A stretch of 64,000 bases of DNA from Eledone cirrhosa (lineage: Eukaryota). Location: positions 174,096,001-174,160,000 of the forward strand of contig OZ024743.1 in the NCBI GenBank assembly GCA_964016885.1, read 5' to 3'. Numbering within the stretch: position 1 is the stretch's first letter; the number at the start of each line of letters is the position of its first letter. The notes under the pieces were generated by a model. It made no database searches, was not told where the DNA came from, and saw only the letters and a list, made by a program, of their open reading frames with translations. Below are positions 25,906-40,235 of the stretch, in pieces. The position numbers were made by a program, and so were the translations under genes.

Positions 25906-25954
25906 TTGCTCCGAAGAATCCAAACCTCGGTTTGGAGGAAACAATTGTAAGCAA
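25906..25954 (+). ncRNA. Type I hammerhead ribozyme (CCGAAGA core)
   Basis: Stem I ttgct/agcaa, core ccgaaga, stem II tccaaacc/ggtttgga, gaaa, palindromic stem III acaattgt, GUA triplet. Confidence 0.7.
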
Positions 25955-26227
25955 ATAAATGACTTAAACTGAACTTTGATTACTGTAATCTCTATATAAC
26001 TGCTCTGTAAAACAACTGATGTTATTACATTGAGCTATTTATCTTACTGGTAATAGGATAGTAATTAATGACTATCTCTCACTATTTAGGGTTTGTGTAT
26101 ATATAATATATTACCATCAAAGGTTTTATTGCATACATAACCATTAATAGTACCCTTAATACTATATATATATATATATGTATATATATACATATGTATA
26201 TATATATATATATATGTATATATATAC

Positions 26228-26290
<63 letters not shown>

Positions 26291-26295
26291 TATAC

Positions 26296-26390
<95 letters not shown>

Positions 26391-26444
26391 TAAAAAAATA
26401 ATGAATAAAACAATGAAACAGTTCCTTATATTAAACAAAAAAAG

Positions 26445-26598
26445 TTCATTATTTAACGATCGTTTCTGGGATATATATGTGTTAGAATTGGCATGTATAT
26501 TTAACAGATCTATGTACAAAATTATACAAAATTATACAAACTATCAAAATTAAATATACATACCAACTCATATATATGCCGTCTTCAGAAATAATGAA
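26445..26598 (-). ncRNA. Type I hammerhead ribozyme with ~115-nt stem II
   Basis: Minus strand: ttcattattt ctgaaga [long hairpin] gaaac gatc gtt aaataatgaa. 10-bp stem I, palindromic stem III acgatcgt. Confidence 0.75.
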
Positions 26599-27226
26599 AT
26601 ATATTTATTGATAATAACAACAATTCAAAATTACAGGTCTGTTTGGGAACAGAGTTCAAATTGACCAATGGAAACACAAAAAGTTTATACAGTTAGGTGT
26701 GTGTATATATGTAAGTAACTTCGTTCACAGATATGCATAAAAATATATGTTCACATGCATACGCATGCCGAAAAGATGTATGTAAATACAAAAATTCAGG
26801 GCTAATGTCTCTGTATGTTTATAAACTACAGATAAAATACATATACGCATATAAACATATAAATATAAAAATAAATATATACACATTCATATACTCACAC
26901 ATATACATACATTCACACACACACGCGCATATACGCATAAACATACACACAACCACGAACATACATACACACACACACTCCCACACACATATATGTGTAT
27001 ATACTATTATCATAAGCATATGGACATTAATGCGCGCACATAAACACTGCCACACATATTTAGATCCAGATAGAGAAAGTAGGTGGGGGGGGGAAGAGGT
27101 CAGTATTTACTGGTGTCAGCAAACTGCCTATTTATAAATGTATCTATAAATTTAGAAATAAAAAGAAAAAGAAAAAGAAAAAGAAAAAGAAAAAGAAAAA
27201 GAAAAAGAAAAAAGAAAAATATTAAG

Positions 27227-27284
<58 letters not shown>

Positions 27285-27407
27285 TAAGTTAGTCATACAA
27301 AAGTGAGTTACAAACGAAGCGAAATTTAATTTCGTTTCGTTATTTGTTTTTATATATATATATATACATATATATCTAAACAAGTAAAATATAAAATATA
27401 CATCGAT

Positions 27408-27468
<61 letters not shown>

Positions 27469-27644
27469 CATATACATACACATATACATAAACACATACA
27501 TACACATACATATACATACACACACCATATATATACACTCATACACATACACACACGCGCATACATATAGAGACACATACATATACACATATAAATACAT
27601 AGACATATACATATATACACATATATATATATATATATATATAT

Positions 27645-30600
27645 AAATTGGAATAAATGCTCTGAAATAGCGATATATATGTGAATATAGACATAGAATA
27701 TTCGAAAATATTCTGTATGTTTATAATAAACATTTTGAAGACCTAATCGCTATAGAATAGAATACGTCACGTATTACAATTAGATTCTCGATAAAAGCAA
27801 GGGAAGTAATCTACGCGTTTCATTCTTGTTAGAATTCATCAGGACTACATATCCAGTGCTTTTATCGAGAATGACACAGCTAGAGACTTATAGAATACTT
27901 AGCTGTGTACAGGAACTGGTTTGAAAGAGCGGTTGCCGGTCCGGCAGAAATTAGAAATTGGAATAAATGCTCTGAAATAGCGATATATATGTGAATATAG
28001 ACATAGAATATTCGAAAATATTCTGTATGTTTATAATAAACATTTTGAAGACCTAATCGCTATAGAATAGAATACGTCACGTATTACAATTAGATTCTCG
28101 ATAAAAGCAAGGGAAGTAATCTACGCGTTTCATTCTTGTTAGAATTCATCAGGACTACATATCCAGTGCTTTTATCGAGAATGACACAGCTAGAGACTTA
28201 TAGAATACTTAGCTGTGTACAGGAACTGGTTTGAAAGAGCGGTTGCCGGTCCGGCAGAAATTAGAAATTGGAATAAATGCTCTGAAATAGCGATATATAT
28301 GTGAATATAGACATAGAATATTCGAAAATATTCTGTATGTTTATAATAAACATTTTGAAGACCTAATCGCTATAGAATAGAATACGTCACGTATTACAAT
28401 TAGATTCTCGATAAAAGCAAGGGAAGTAATCTACGCGTTTCATTCTTGTTAGAATTCATCAGGACTACATATCCAGTGCTTTTATCGAGAATGACACAGC
28501 TAGAGACTTATAGAATACTTAGCTGTGTACAGGAACTGGTTTGAAAGAGCGGTTGCCGGTCCGGCAGAAATTAGAAATTGGAATAAATGCTCTGAAATAG
28601 CGATATATATGTGAATATAGACATAGAATATTCGAAAATATTCTGTATGTTTATAATAAACATTTTGAAGACCTAATCGCTATAGAATAGAATACGTCAC
28701 GTATTACAATTAGATTCTCGATAAAAGCAAGGGAAGTAATCTACGCGTTTCATTCTTGTTAGAATTCATCAGGACTACATATCCAGTGCTTTTATCGAGA
28801 ATGACACAGCTAGAGACTTATAGAATACTTAGCTGTGTACAGGAACTGGTTTGAAAGAGCGGTTGCCGGTCCGGCAGAAATTAGAAATTGGAATAAATGC
28901 TCTGAAATAGCGATATATATGTGAATATAGACATAGAATATTCGAAAATATTCTGTATGTTTATAATAAACATTTTGAAGACCTAATCGCTATAGAATAG
29001 AATACGTCACGTATTACAATTAGATTCTCGATAAAAGCAAGGGAAGTAATCTACGCGTTTCATTCTTGTTAGAATTCATCAGGACTACATATCCAGTGCT
29101 TTTATCGAGAATGACACAGCTAGAGACTTATAGAATACTTAGCTGTGTACAGGAACTGGTTTGAAAGAGCGGTTGCCGGTCCGGCAGAAATTAGAAATTG
29201 GAATAAATGCTCTGAAATAGCGATATATATGTGAATATAGACATAGAATATTCGAAAATATTCTGTATGTTTATAATAAACATTTTGAAGACCTAATCGC
29301 TATAGAATAGAATACGTCACGTATTACAATTAGATTCTCGATAAAAGCAAGGGAAGTAATCTACGCGTTTCATTCTTGTTAGAATTCATCAGGACTACAT
29401 ATCCAGTGCTTTTATCGAGAATGACACAGCTAGAGACTTATAGAATACTTAGCTGTGTACAGGAACTGGTTTGAAAGAGCGGTTGCCGGTCCGGCAGAAA
29501 TTAGAAATTGGAATAAATGCTCTGAAATAGCGATATATATGTGAATATAGACATAGAATATTCGAAAATATTCTGTATGTTTATAATAAACATTTTGAAG
29601 ACCTAATCGCTATAGAATAGAATACGTCACGTATTACAATTAGATTCTCGATAAAAGCAAGGGAAGTAATCTACGCGTTTCATTCTTGTTAGAATTCATC
29701 AGGACTACATATCCAGTGCTTTTATCGAGAATGACACAGCTAGAGACTTATAGAATACTTAGCTGTGTACAGGAACTGGTTTGAAAGAGCGGTTGCCGGT
29801 CCGGCAGAAATTAGAAATTGGAATAAATGCTCTGAAATAGCGATATATATGTGAATATAGACATAGAATATTCGAAAATATTCTGTATGTTTATAATAAA
29901 CATTTTGAAGACCTAATCGCTATAGAATAGAATACGTCACGTATTACAATTAGATTCTCGATAAAAGCAAGGGAAGTAATCTACGCGTTTCATTCTTGTT
30001 AGAATTCATCAGGACTACATATCCAGTGCTTTTATCGAGAATGACACAGCTAGAGACTTATAGAATACTTAGCTGTGTACAGGAACTGGTTTGAAAGAGC
30101 GGTTGCCGGTCCGGCAGAAATTAGAAATTGGAATAAATGCTCTGAAATAGCGATATATATGTGAATATAGACATAGAATATTCGAAAATATTCTGTATGT
30201 TTATAATAAACATTTTGAAGACCTAATCGCTATAGAATAGAATACGTCACGTATTACAATTAGATTCTCGATAAAAGCAAGGGAAGTAATCTACGCGTTT
30301 CATTCTTGTTAGAATTCATCAGGACTACATATCCAGTGCTTTTATCGAGAATGACACAGCTAGAGACTTATAGAATACTTAGCTGTGTACAGGAACTGGT
30401 TTGAAAGAGCGGTTGCCGGTCCGGCAGAAATTAGAAATTGGAATAAATGCTCTGAAATAGCGATATATATGTGAATATAGACATAGAATATTCGAAAATA
30501 TTCTGTATGTTTATAATAAACATTTTGAAGACCTAATCGCTATAGAATAGAATACGTCACGTATTACAATTAGATTCTCGATAAAAGCAAGGGAAGTAAT

Positions 30601-30948
30601 CTACGCGTTTCATTCTTGTTAGAATTCATCAGGACTACATATCCAGTGCTTTTATCGAGAATGACACAGCTAGAGACTTATAGAATACTTAGCTGTGTAC
30701 AGGAACTGGTTTGAAAGAGCGGTTGCCGGTCCGGCAGAAATTAGAAATTGGAATAAATGCTCTGAAATAGCGATATATATGTGAATATAGACATAGAATA
30801 TTCGAAAATATTCTGTATGTTTATAATAAACATTTTGAAGACCTAATCGCTATAGAATAGAATACGTCACGTATTACAATTAGATTCTCGATAAAAGCAA
30901 GGGAAGTAATCTACGCGTTTCATTCTTGTTAGAATTCATCAGGACTAC
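27645..30948 (-). repeat. 310-bp hammerhead-containing tandem array (variant A), ~10.7 units, 11 HHRs
   Basis: gaataaatgc recurs at 27651+310n through 30751. HHR on the minus strand at 27806-27848 +310n. Confidence 0.97.
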
Positions 30949-33629
30949 TAGCTGTGTCATTCTCGATAAAAGCACTGGATATGTAGTCCTGATGAATTCT
31001 AACAAGAATGAAACGCGTAGATTACTTCCCTTGCTTTTATCGAGAATCTAATTGTAATACGTGACGTATTCTATTCTATAGCGATTAGGTCTTCAAAATG
31101 TTTATTATAAACATACAGAATATTTTCGAATATTCTATGTCTATATTCACATATATATCGCTATTTCAGAGCATTTATTCCAATTTCTAATTTCTGCCGG
31201 ACCGGCAACCGCTCTTTCAAACCAGTTCCTGTACACAGCTAAGTATTCTATAAGTCTCTAGCTGTGTCATTCTCGATAAAAGCACTGGATATGTAGTCCT
31301 GATGAATTCTAACAAGAATGAAACGCGTAGATTACTTCCCTTGCTTTTATCGAGAATCTAATTGTAATACGTGACGTATTCTATTCTATAGCGATTAGGT
31401 CTTCAAAATGTTTATTATAAACATACAGAATATTTTCGAATATTCTATGTCTATATTCACATATATATCGCTATTTCAGAGCATTTATTCCAATTTCTCA
31501 TTTCTGCCGGACCGGCAACCGCTCTTTCAAACCAGTTCCTGTACACAGCTAAGTATTCTATAAGTCTCTAGCTGTGTCATTCTCGATAAAAGCACTGGAT
31601 ATGTAGTCCTGATGAATTCTAACAAGAATGAAACGCGTAGATTACTTCCCTTGCTTTTATCGAGAATCTAATTGTAATACGTGACGTATTCTATTCTATA
31701 GCGATTAGGTCTTCAAAATGTTTATTATAAACATACAGAATATTTTCGAATATTCTATGTCTATATTCACATATATATCGCTATTTCAGAGCATTTATTC
31801 CAATTTCTAATTTCTGCCGGACCGGCAACCGCTCTTTCAAACCAGTTCCTGTACACAGCTAAGTATTCTATAAGTCTCTAGCTGTGTCATTCTCGATAAA
31901 AGCACTGGATATGTAGTCCTGATGAATTCTAACAAGAATGAAACGCGTAGATTACTTCCCTTGCTTTTATCGAGAATCTAATTGTAATACGTGACGTATT
32001 CTATTCTATAGCGATTAGGTCTTCAAAATGTTTATTATAAACATACAGAATATTTTCGAATATTCTATGTCTATATTCACATATATATCGCTATTTCAGA
32101 GCATTTATTCCAATTTCTAATTTCTGCCGGACCGGCAACCGCTCTTTCAAACCAGTTCCTGTACACAGCTAAGTATTCTATAAGTCTCTAGCTGTGTCAT
32201 TCTCGATAAAAGCACTGGATATGTAGTCCTGATGAATTCTAACAAGAATGAAACGCGTAGATTACTTCCCTTGCTTTTATCGAGAATCTAATTGTAATAC
32301 GTGACGTATTCTATTCTATAGCGATTAGGTCTTCAAAATGTTTATTATAAACATACAGAATATTTTCGAATATTCTATGTCTATATTCACATATATATCG
32401 CTATTTCAGAGCATTTATTCCAATTTCTAATTTCTGCCGGACCGGCAACCGCTCTTTCAAACCAGTTCCTGTACACAGCTAAGTATTCTATAAGTCTCTA
32501 GCTGTGTCATTCTCGATAAAAGCACTGGATATGTAGTCCTGATGAATTCTAACAAGAATGAAACGCGTAGATTACTTCCCTTGCTTTTATCGAGAATCTA
32601 ATTGTAATACGTGACGTATTCTATTCTATAGCGATTAGGTCTTCAAAATGTTTATTATAAACATACAGAATATTTTCGAATATTCTATGTCTATACTCAC
32701 ATATATATCGCTATTTCAGAGCATTTATTCCAATTTCTAATTTCTGCCGGACCGGCAACCGCTCTTTCAAACCAGTTCCTGTACACAGCTAAGTATTCTA
32801 TAAGTCTCTAGCTGTGTCATTCTCGATAAAAGCACTGGATATGTAGTCCTGATGAATTCTAACAAGAATGAAACGCGTAGATTACTTCCCTTGCTTTTAT
32901 CGAGAATCTAATTGTAATACGTGACGTATTCTATTCTATAGCGATTAGGTCTTCAAAATGTTTATTATAAACATACAGAATATTTTCGAATATTCTATGT
33001 CTATATTCACATATATATCGCTATTTCAGAGCATTTATTCCAATTTCTAATTTCTGCCGGACCGGCAACCGCTCTTTCAAACCAGTTCCTGTACACAGCT
33101 AAGTATTCTATAAGTCTCTAGCTGTGTCATTCTCGATAAAAGCACTGGATATGTAGTCCTGATGAATTCTAACAAGAATGAAACGCGTAGATTACTTCCC
33201 TTGCTTTTATCGAGAATCTAATTGTAATACGTGACGTATTCTATTCTATAGCGATTAGGTCTTCAAAATGTTTATTATAAACATACAGAATATTTTCGAA
33301 TATTCTATGTCTATATTCACATATATATCGCTATTTCAGAGCATTTATTCCAATTTCTAATTTCTGCCGGACCGGCAACCGCTCTTTCAAACCAGTTCCT
33401 GTACACAGCTAAGTATTCTATAAGTCTCTAGCTGTGTCATTCTCGATAAAAGCACTGGATATGTAGTCCTGATGAATTCTAACAAGAATGAAACGCGTAG
33501 ATTACTTCCCTTGCTTTTATCGAGAATCTAATTGTAATACGTGACGTATTCTATTCTATAGCGATTAGGTCTTCAAAATGTTTATTATAAACATACAGAA
33601 TATTTTCGAATATTCTATGTCTATATTCA
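30949..33629 (+). repeat. 310-bp tandem array (variant A), inverted arm, ~8.6 units, 9 HHRs
   Basis: Reverse complement of the preceding array, HHR at 30983-31025 +310n. Single substitutions seen at 31499 and 32696. Confidence 0.97.
30983..31025 (+). ncRNA. Minimal type I hammerhead ribozyme (representative of 27 copies)
   Basis: gtagtc CTGATGA attct aaca agaat GAAAC gc GTA gattac: stem I gtagtc/gattac, stem II attct/agaat, palindromic stem III acgcgt. Predicted cleavage after 31019. Confidence 0.93.
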
Positions 33630-33671
33630 TATTTATATATATACACACATACATATATACATACATTCACA

Positions 33672-33730
<59 letters not shown>

Positions 33731-33772
33731 CATAAATACACTCATGTATATACACATATACACATACATACC

Positions 33773-33895
<123 letters not shown>

Positions 33896-33954
33896 ACACA
33901 CACATGTACACATACACATATATAAAGACATATATATATACACACACATATATA

Positions 33955-34015
<61 letters not shown>

Positions 34016-34368
34016 TATACATACATACACATATATACTCATACATAGACATACATATATACACACACACATACACACATACATATACGCATATATACAC
34101 ATACATACACATCCATGTATGCGTATACACATACAAACACAACCACACGCTCACACAACTCAGACATACATAAATAAAGGGATATACATACACATATATA
34201 CATATATAAATAGAGATATATATACACATATAAATATATACACACATACACACACATATACATACACATACATACATACATACATTCATATACATACACA
34301 CACACATATATATACATATATATATATATATATACATATATATACATATATATAAAAATAAAGAAATA

Positions 34369-34399
<31 letters not shown>

Positions 34400-34456
34400 T
34401 TGATACACCCAGTCAGACAAATATGCACACACATACATATATATAAATATATACAT

Positions 34457-34502
<46 letters not shown>

Positions 34503-34506
<4 letters not shown>

Positions 34507-35797
34507 TGGAATAAATGCTCTGAAATAGCGATATATATGTGAATATAGACATAGAATATTCGAAAATATTCTGTATGTTTATAATAAACATTTTGAAGAC
34601 CTAATCGCTATAGAATAGAATACGTCACGTATTACAATTAGATTCTCGATAAAAGCAAGGGAAGTAATCTACGCGTTTCATTCTCGTTAGAAATCATCAG
34701 GACTACATATCCAGTGCTTTTATCGAGAATGACACAGCTAGAGACTTATAGAATACTTAGCTGTGTACAGGAACTGGTTTGAAAGAGCGGTTGCCGGTCC
34801 GGCAGAAATTAGAAATTGGAATAAATGCTCTGAAATAGCGATATATATGTGAATATAGACATAGAATATTCGAAAATATTCTGTATGTTTATAATAAACA
34901 TTTTGAAGACCTAATCGCTATAGAATAGAATACGTCACGTATTACAATTAGATTCTCGATAAAAGCAAGGGAAGTAATCTACGCGTTTCATTCTCGTTAG
35001 AAATCATCAGGACTACATATCCAGTGCTTTTATCGAGAATGACACAGCTAGAGACTTATAGAATACTTAGCTGTGTACAGGAACTGGTTTGAAAGAGCGG
35101 TTGCCGGTCCGGCAGAAATTAGAAATTGGAATAAATGCTCTGAAATAGCGATATATATGTGAATATAGACATAGAATATTCGAAAATATTCTGTATGTTT
35201 ATAATAAACATTTTGAAGACCTAATCGCTATAGAATAGAATACGTCACGTATTACAATTAGATTCTCGATAAAAGCAAGGGAAGTAATCTACGCGTTTCA
35301 TTCTCGTTAGAAATCATCAGGACTACATATCCAGTGCTTTTATCGAGAATGACACAGCTAGAGACTTATAGAATACTTAGCTGTGTACAGGAACTGGTTT
35401 GAAAGAGCGGTTGCCGGTCCGGCAGAAATTAGAAATTGGAATAAATGCTCTGAAATAGCGATATATATGTGAATATAGACATAGAATATTCGAAAATATT
35501 CTGTATGTTTATAATAAACATTTTGAAGACCTAATCGCTATAGAATAGAATACGTCACGTATTACAATTAGATTCTCGATAAAAGCAAGGGAAGTAATCT
35601 ACGCGTTTCATTCTCGTTAGAAATCATCAGGACTACATATCCAGTGCTTTTATCGAGAATGACACAGCTAGAGACTTATAGAATACTTAGCTGTGTACAG
35701 GAACTGGTTTGAAAGAGCGGTTGCCGGTCCGGCAGAAATTAGAAATTGGAATAAATGCTCTGAAATAGCGATATATATGTGAATATAGACATAGAAT
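34503..35797 (-). repeat. 310-bp tandem array (variant B), ~4.2 units, 4 HHRs
   Basis: ataaatgctc at 34511+310n. Diagnostic ttctcgttagaaatcatcag versus ttcttgttagaattcatcag in variant A. Confidence 0.97.
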
Positions 35798-35810
35798 ATA
35801 GACATAGAAT

Positions 35811-36746
35811 ATTCTATGTCTATATTCACATATATATCGCTATTTCAGAGCATTTATTCCAATTTCTAATTTCTGCCGGACCGGCAACCGCTCTTTCAAA
35901 CCAGTTCCTGTACATAGCTAAGTATTCTATAAGTCTCTAGCTGTGTCATTCTCGATAAAAGCACTGGATATGTAGTCCTGATGATTTCTAACGAGAATGA
36001 AACGCGTAGATTACTTCCCTTGCTTTTATCGAGAATCTAATTGTAATACGTGACGTATTCTATTCTATAGCGATTAGGTCTTCAAAATGTTTATTATAAA
36101 CATACAGAATATTTTCGAATATTCTATGTCTATATTCACATATATATCGCTATTTCAGAGCATTTATTCCAATTTCTAATTTCTGCCGGACCGGCAACCG
36201 CTCTTTCAAACCAGTTCCTGTACACAGCTAAGTATTCTATAAGTCTCTAGCTGTGTCATTCTCGATAAAAGCACTGGATATGTAGTCCTGATGATTTCTA
36301 ACGAGAATGAAACGCGTAGATTACTTCCCTTGCTTTTATCGAGAATCTAATTGTAATACGTGACGTATTCTATTCTATAGCGATTAGGTCTTCAAAATGT
36401 TTATTATAAACATACAGAATATTTTCGAATATTCTATGTCTATATTCACATATATATCGCTATTTCAGAGCATTTATTCCAATTTCTAATTTCTGCCGGA
36501 CCGGCAACCGCTCTTTCAAACCAGTTCCTGTACACAGCTAAGTATTCTATAAGTCTCTAGCTGTGTCATTCTCGATAAAAGCACTGGATATGTAGTCCTG
36601 ATGATTTCTAACGAGAATGAAACGCGTAGATTACTTCCCTTGCTTTTATCGAGAATCTAATTGTAATACGTGACGTATTCTATTCTATAGCGATTAGGTC
36701 TTCAAAATGTTTATTATAAACATACAGAATATTTTCGAATATTCTA

Positions 36747-36755
<9 letters not shown>
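35811..36755 (+). repeat. 310-bp tandem array (variant B), inverted arm, ~3 units, 3 HHRs
   Basis: HHRs start at 35972, 36282 and 36592. Fold-back centre gacatagaat|attctatgtc at 35810/35811. Confidence 0.97.
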
Positions 36756-36786
<31 letters not shown>

Positions 36787-36794
36787 CCAGTAAG

Positions 36795-36888
36795 ACCCCG
36801 ACAGCTGAGCTCAAGCCGTTTCGACGGCTAATTCTGGACTAAATGAAAATTTATCCTGGTATTTAAATAGCCGATCTTCTCAAGGGGT
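36795..36888 (-). ncRNA. Type I hammerhead ribozyme, U3-A8 core variant (intact GAAA)
   Basis: Minus strand: acccc TTGAGAA gatcggcta...tagccgtc GAAAC ggct tgagctc agct GTC ggggt. Confidence 0.75.
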
Positions 36889-38090
36889 AATTCCATATAT
36901 GGTCAAAGTGATTGTCAAAAATCAGTAGTAATTCTGTGGTTGCAAATTAGTAGGGGAGATGGTGGCTAAACCTGCCAGTAGGAGAAAGAGGGGAGGGGGT
37001 GGAGTAGATCCAATCAAGCGTTGGTAGTGCCAGCTACAGCTGGGCATGAGGTCAAAGAAGATACAGGGGAGGGGGAGGGGGAGGAAGTCGGAACGGTAGG
37101 TAGAACAATGGGGGGTAGAAATATAGGAAGGAAAAAATACTGAGAGTGAAGAAAGCAAATAAGTGTAAAGAAAAAAGTAAAGTAAATTAAATTCTACGAC
37201 CTAGGTGTCGGGCTATTGTTAGGCTAGAATAAAATAAAGAAAGAAAGAAAGAAGTAAAGAAATAAATAAATAAAGAAATAACGAAATAAGTAAAAGAACT
37301 AGGTGGGACGGAATAGGCAAAGACCCTTTTAAGAGGTATAAGTACGTAAATGATACGGTGACGGGTCAACAAAAGGGGCCAAAATACTAAAGAGACTACC
37401 ACGAAATAAACAATAAAGGTTTCCATCCCGGGCCAGCAACGACCCAGTGCAGCAAAGTGAACTTGTACGAGATAATAATTCTGAGTCCCGAGAAAAATAT
37501 ATACTAATGCTAACTCTAAAAGATCTAAAACAAGCTACATGAAAGTTCGTACGAAATAAAGGTAGAATACGGAGAAATAAAATCAGAATCCACCCCGCCC
37601 AGAAGAAAAGCGAAGCAAGAAATACTGAAACGAAAAAATAAGGCATAAGTGCCACTAAGAAATATAGAGGGCACAGAGAATAGTGGGAGCGGTCGGAAAG
37701 AGGGGGCAAGTATCCGGGGTCTAAGCCAACTGCTATAAAGGGCGGAGTCCGCCAAATCTATCATAGACTAGGGGAGGGGGTGGTGGGGGTACTAAGGCTA
37801 CATGGGGCCAAAGGGCAGCCTCGGGTGGGCGAGAAAAGACGCCGACAAAGGAGAAGAGCTGGGGTAGAAAGACAAAGGAGAGAGGGGGGAAGGAAATAAA
37901 GGAAGCGATAAAAGAATACAAAGAAGATCTTACGTCTTCCTTGGCAAGCAGGGGTTACCCATTGCAAAATCGGCAAGTGGGGTGTTATTTCCTTCGTTAT
38001 CTAGCTCCTACTCCCGTAGTAGAGCACTTTCCGACCCTATCACGCCGTATCCAGACTTTTCCGCTAAGCTCAATTCATTTCACCCGCACC

Positions 38091-40235
38091 ATGCGAAAAC
38101 ACAACATTGACTTCTCTACCAAGAACATCCCAATCCCACCGAAAAAACTTTACCTTCGGATGCTCACGCAAAAAATCGATCTATTTGCGAAAAGACTTAG
38201 ATGGAGAACTTTTTTCTATGACAGATATTGCGACAGCCAAGACTTCGGCACCAAGGAGAGATTCGGATTTATTACCTACAAATCTCCGCCCCTGAACCCC
38301 TTGCTCGCACCCTTCGAGAATGACCTCTTCCAACTGGTCAAGAACATTAAATTTAAACCCAGACACAACCGATTCCTACAAAAACTCCGTAGCAACTTAA
38401 CGGAGTATGATAACACAAATGACATCATGGTGCATTCGGATAAAACTGGGAACCTATACTTTGTCAACCCTGACAGATACCACACACTGATCAGGAGCAG
38501 CCTAAACTCCACCTATAAAAAGGCCAACCACTCTTGCATCGAGGACATAAATCGAGATGGACAACAAATCACCTCCAGCCTCGGGGTCGCCGACCGCACG
38601 GAACCTCTAGACCCACGGACACCATACTTCACACTGAAGGACCATAAATCCGATTTTGACCGTAAACCCTCTATCAGGCTTATTAACCCAACGAAGTCCG
38701 ACATAGGGAGAATCAGCAAAAAAATCCTAGACCGCGTGATACCAAAAGTCAAGCAACACACCCGACTTAGCCTATGGATCAACACCCAGGAAGTAATCTC
38801 CTGGTTCAGCAATATGGAGGATAAACGAGAAACTAAATTCATACAGTTCGACATAGAGAGCTACTATGCTTCAATCACCTTACCGCTACTTACTGCCGCC
38901 TTGGACTTCGCCGAAACACTTGTGCCCATCACCGACCAAGAAAGAAAAATCATCCTCCACGCCAGGAAGACAGTCTTACTCTTTGACGACTCTAAATGGA
39001 TAAAAAGAGCTCCCGACTCACCCTTCGACGTCAGCATGGGCGCCACGGATTCGGCGGAGGTCACAGATCTTATAGGATTATTCCTAATAGCCAAACTCAC
39101 TGATATGTTTCCTGCATTCGGTGGTGGATTGTACCGTGATGATGGGCTCCTTACCCTTAAAGGGTACAACCCCAGTAGTACAGATCGGGTCCGGAAACAA
39201 TTAATCAGATTCTTCCGCGACTGGGGATTTAAAATAACCCTACAAACGTCCCTGACCCGAGTAAACTTCCTGGACGTGACCCTCGACCTCGAAAACGACC
39301 TGTACAGGAAACCTAATGACAATCTGCACTACATCCACCGCCGATCAAACCATCCTAGGAACATCACAAACAACCTGGTCAAAAACATCTCCCTCCGCAT
39401 ATCCCGTTTGTCAGCTAATGAGCGGATATTCGATGAACATGCGCCTTATTACAACCAGGCCCTCAAGCGGAGTGGTTTCCGGGAGGAAATATCCTACTGT
39501 CCAGCTCCCATTAGCGGAACCAGCAGGAGACACCGCCGCTCACGCAATGTAACAGGGTTCAATCCTCCCCACAACGCAGAGGTGACTACTCCCATCGGGA
39601 AACTATTCTTTAGGCTCATTGAAAAACACTTCCCATTACAACACCGCTACCACAACATAATTAACAAAAATACCATCAAACTCTCTTACAGCACTACACC
39701 AAACTTCGCACAAAACATCGTCTCCTCTAACAACAAAAAACTCAACCCCGATGGCAGAAATAACCTAAATAGCAGTGGAGAACCGACCAGGAGGTGTAAC
39801 TGCCCGGATAGATCTATTTGCCCACTCGACAATAGATGCAGAGACCGTAATGTGATCTACCAGTGCAACGTGAGGACGGATACCTCCAACAAAGCCTATA
39901 TAGGACTTACCGCATGTGACTTCAAGACCCGGCTATACCAACATAGACATACCTTCCGAAACCCGGCCCGGCGTCACGCCACTACACTTTCGGGCCACAT
40001 ATAGGACCTCAAGGACAACAATATCACCTATGATCTCACTTGGAGATTACTGTCCAGAGCCAATTCTTACACGGGAGGACGCCGTCCGTGCAATTTATGC
40101 TCGGAGGAAACTTTACAAATGCTGTTTTCGACGGACCAACTCCTAAACAAGAAAGATGAACTGGTTACTGCATGTAAACATAGATTGCGTAGGACTTACC
40201 TCGCCCTCAAACCCCATAATGACCCGGGGGAGTAG
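38091..40235 (+). pseudogene. PLE reverse transcriptase + C-terminal GIY-YIG endonuclease; single premature stop
   Basis: SDKTGN, FDIESYY, SMGA, YRDD, FLDVTL, CNCPDRSIC and VIY...YIG. TAG at 40002-40004, after which the frame continues ...CNLCSEE...LLNKKDELVTACKHR... to 40235. True start uncertain. Confidence 0.93.

Noticed and set aside
37941-38090. N-terminal 50 aa of the 687-aa ORF
   Set aside because: The TTG start lies inside the inverted arm (to 37988), so the frame crosses a rearrangement junction. The true start is uncertain.
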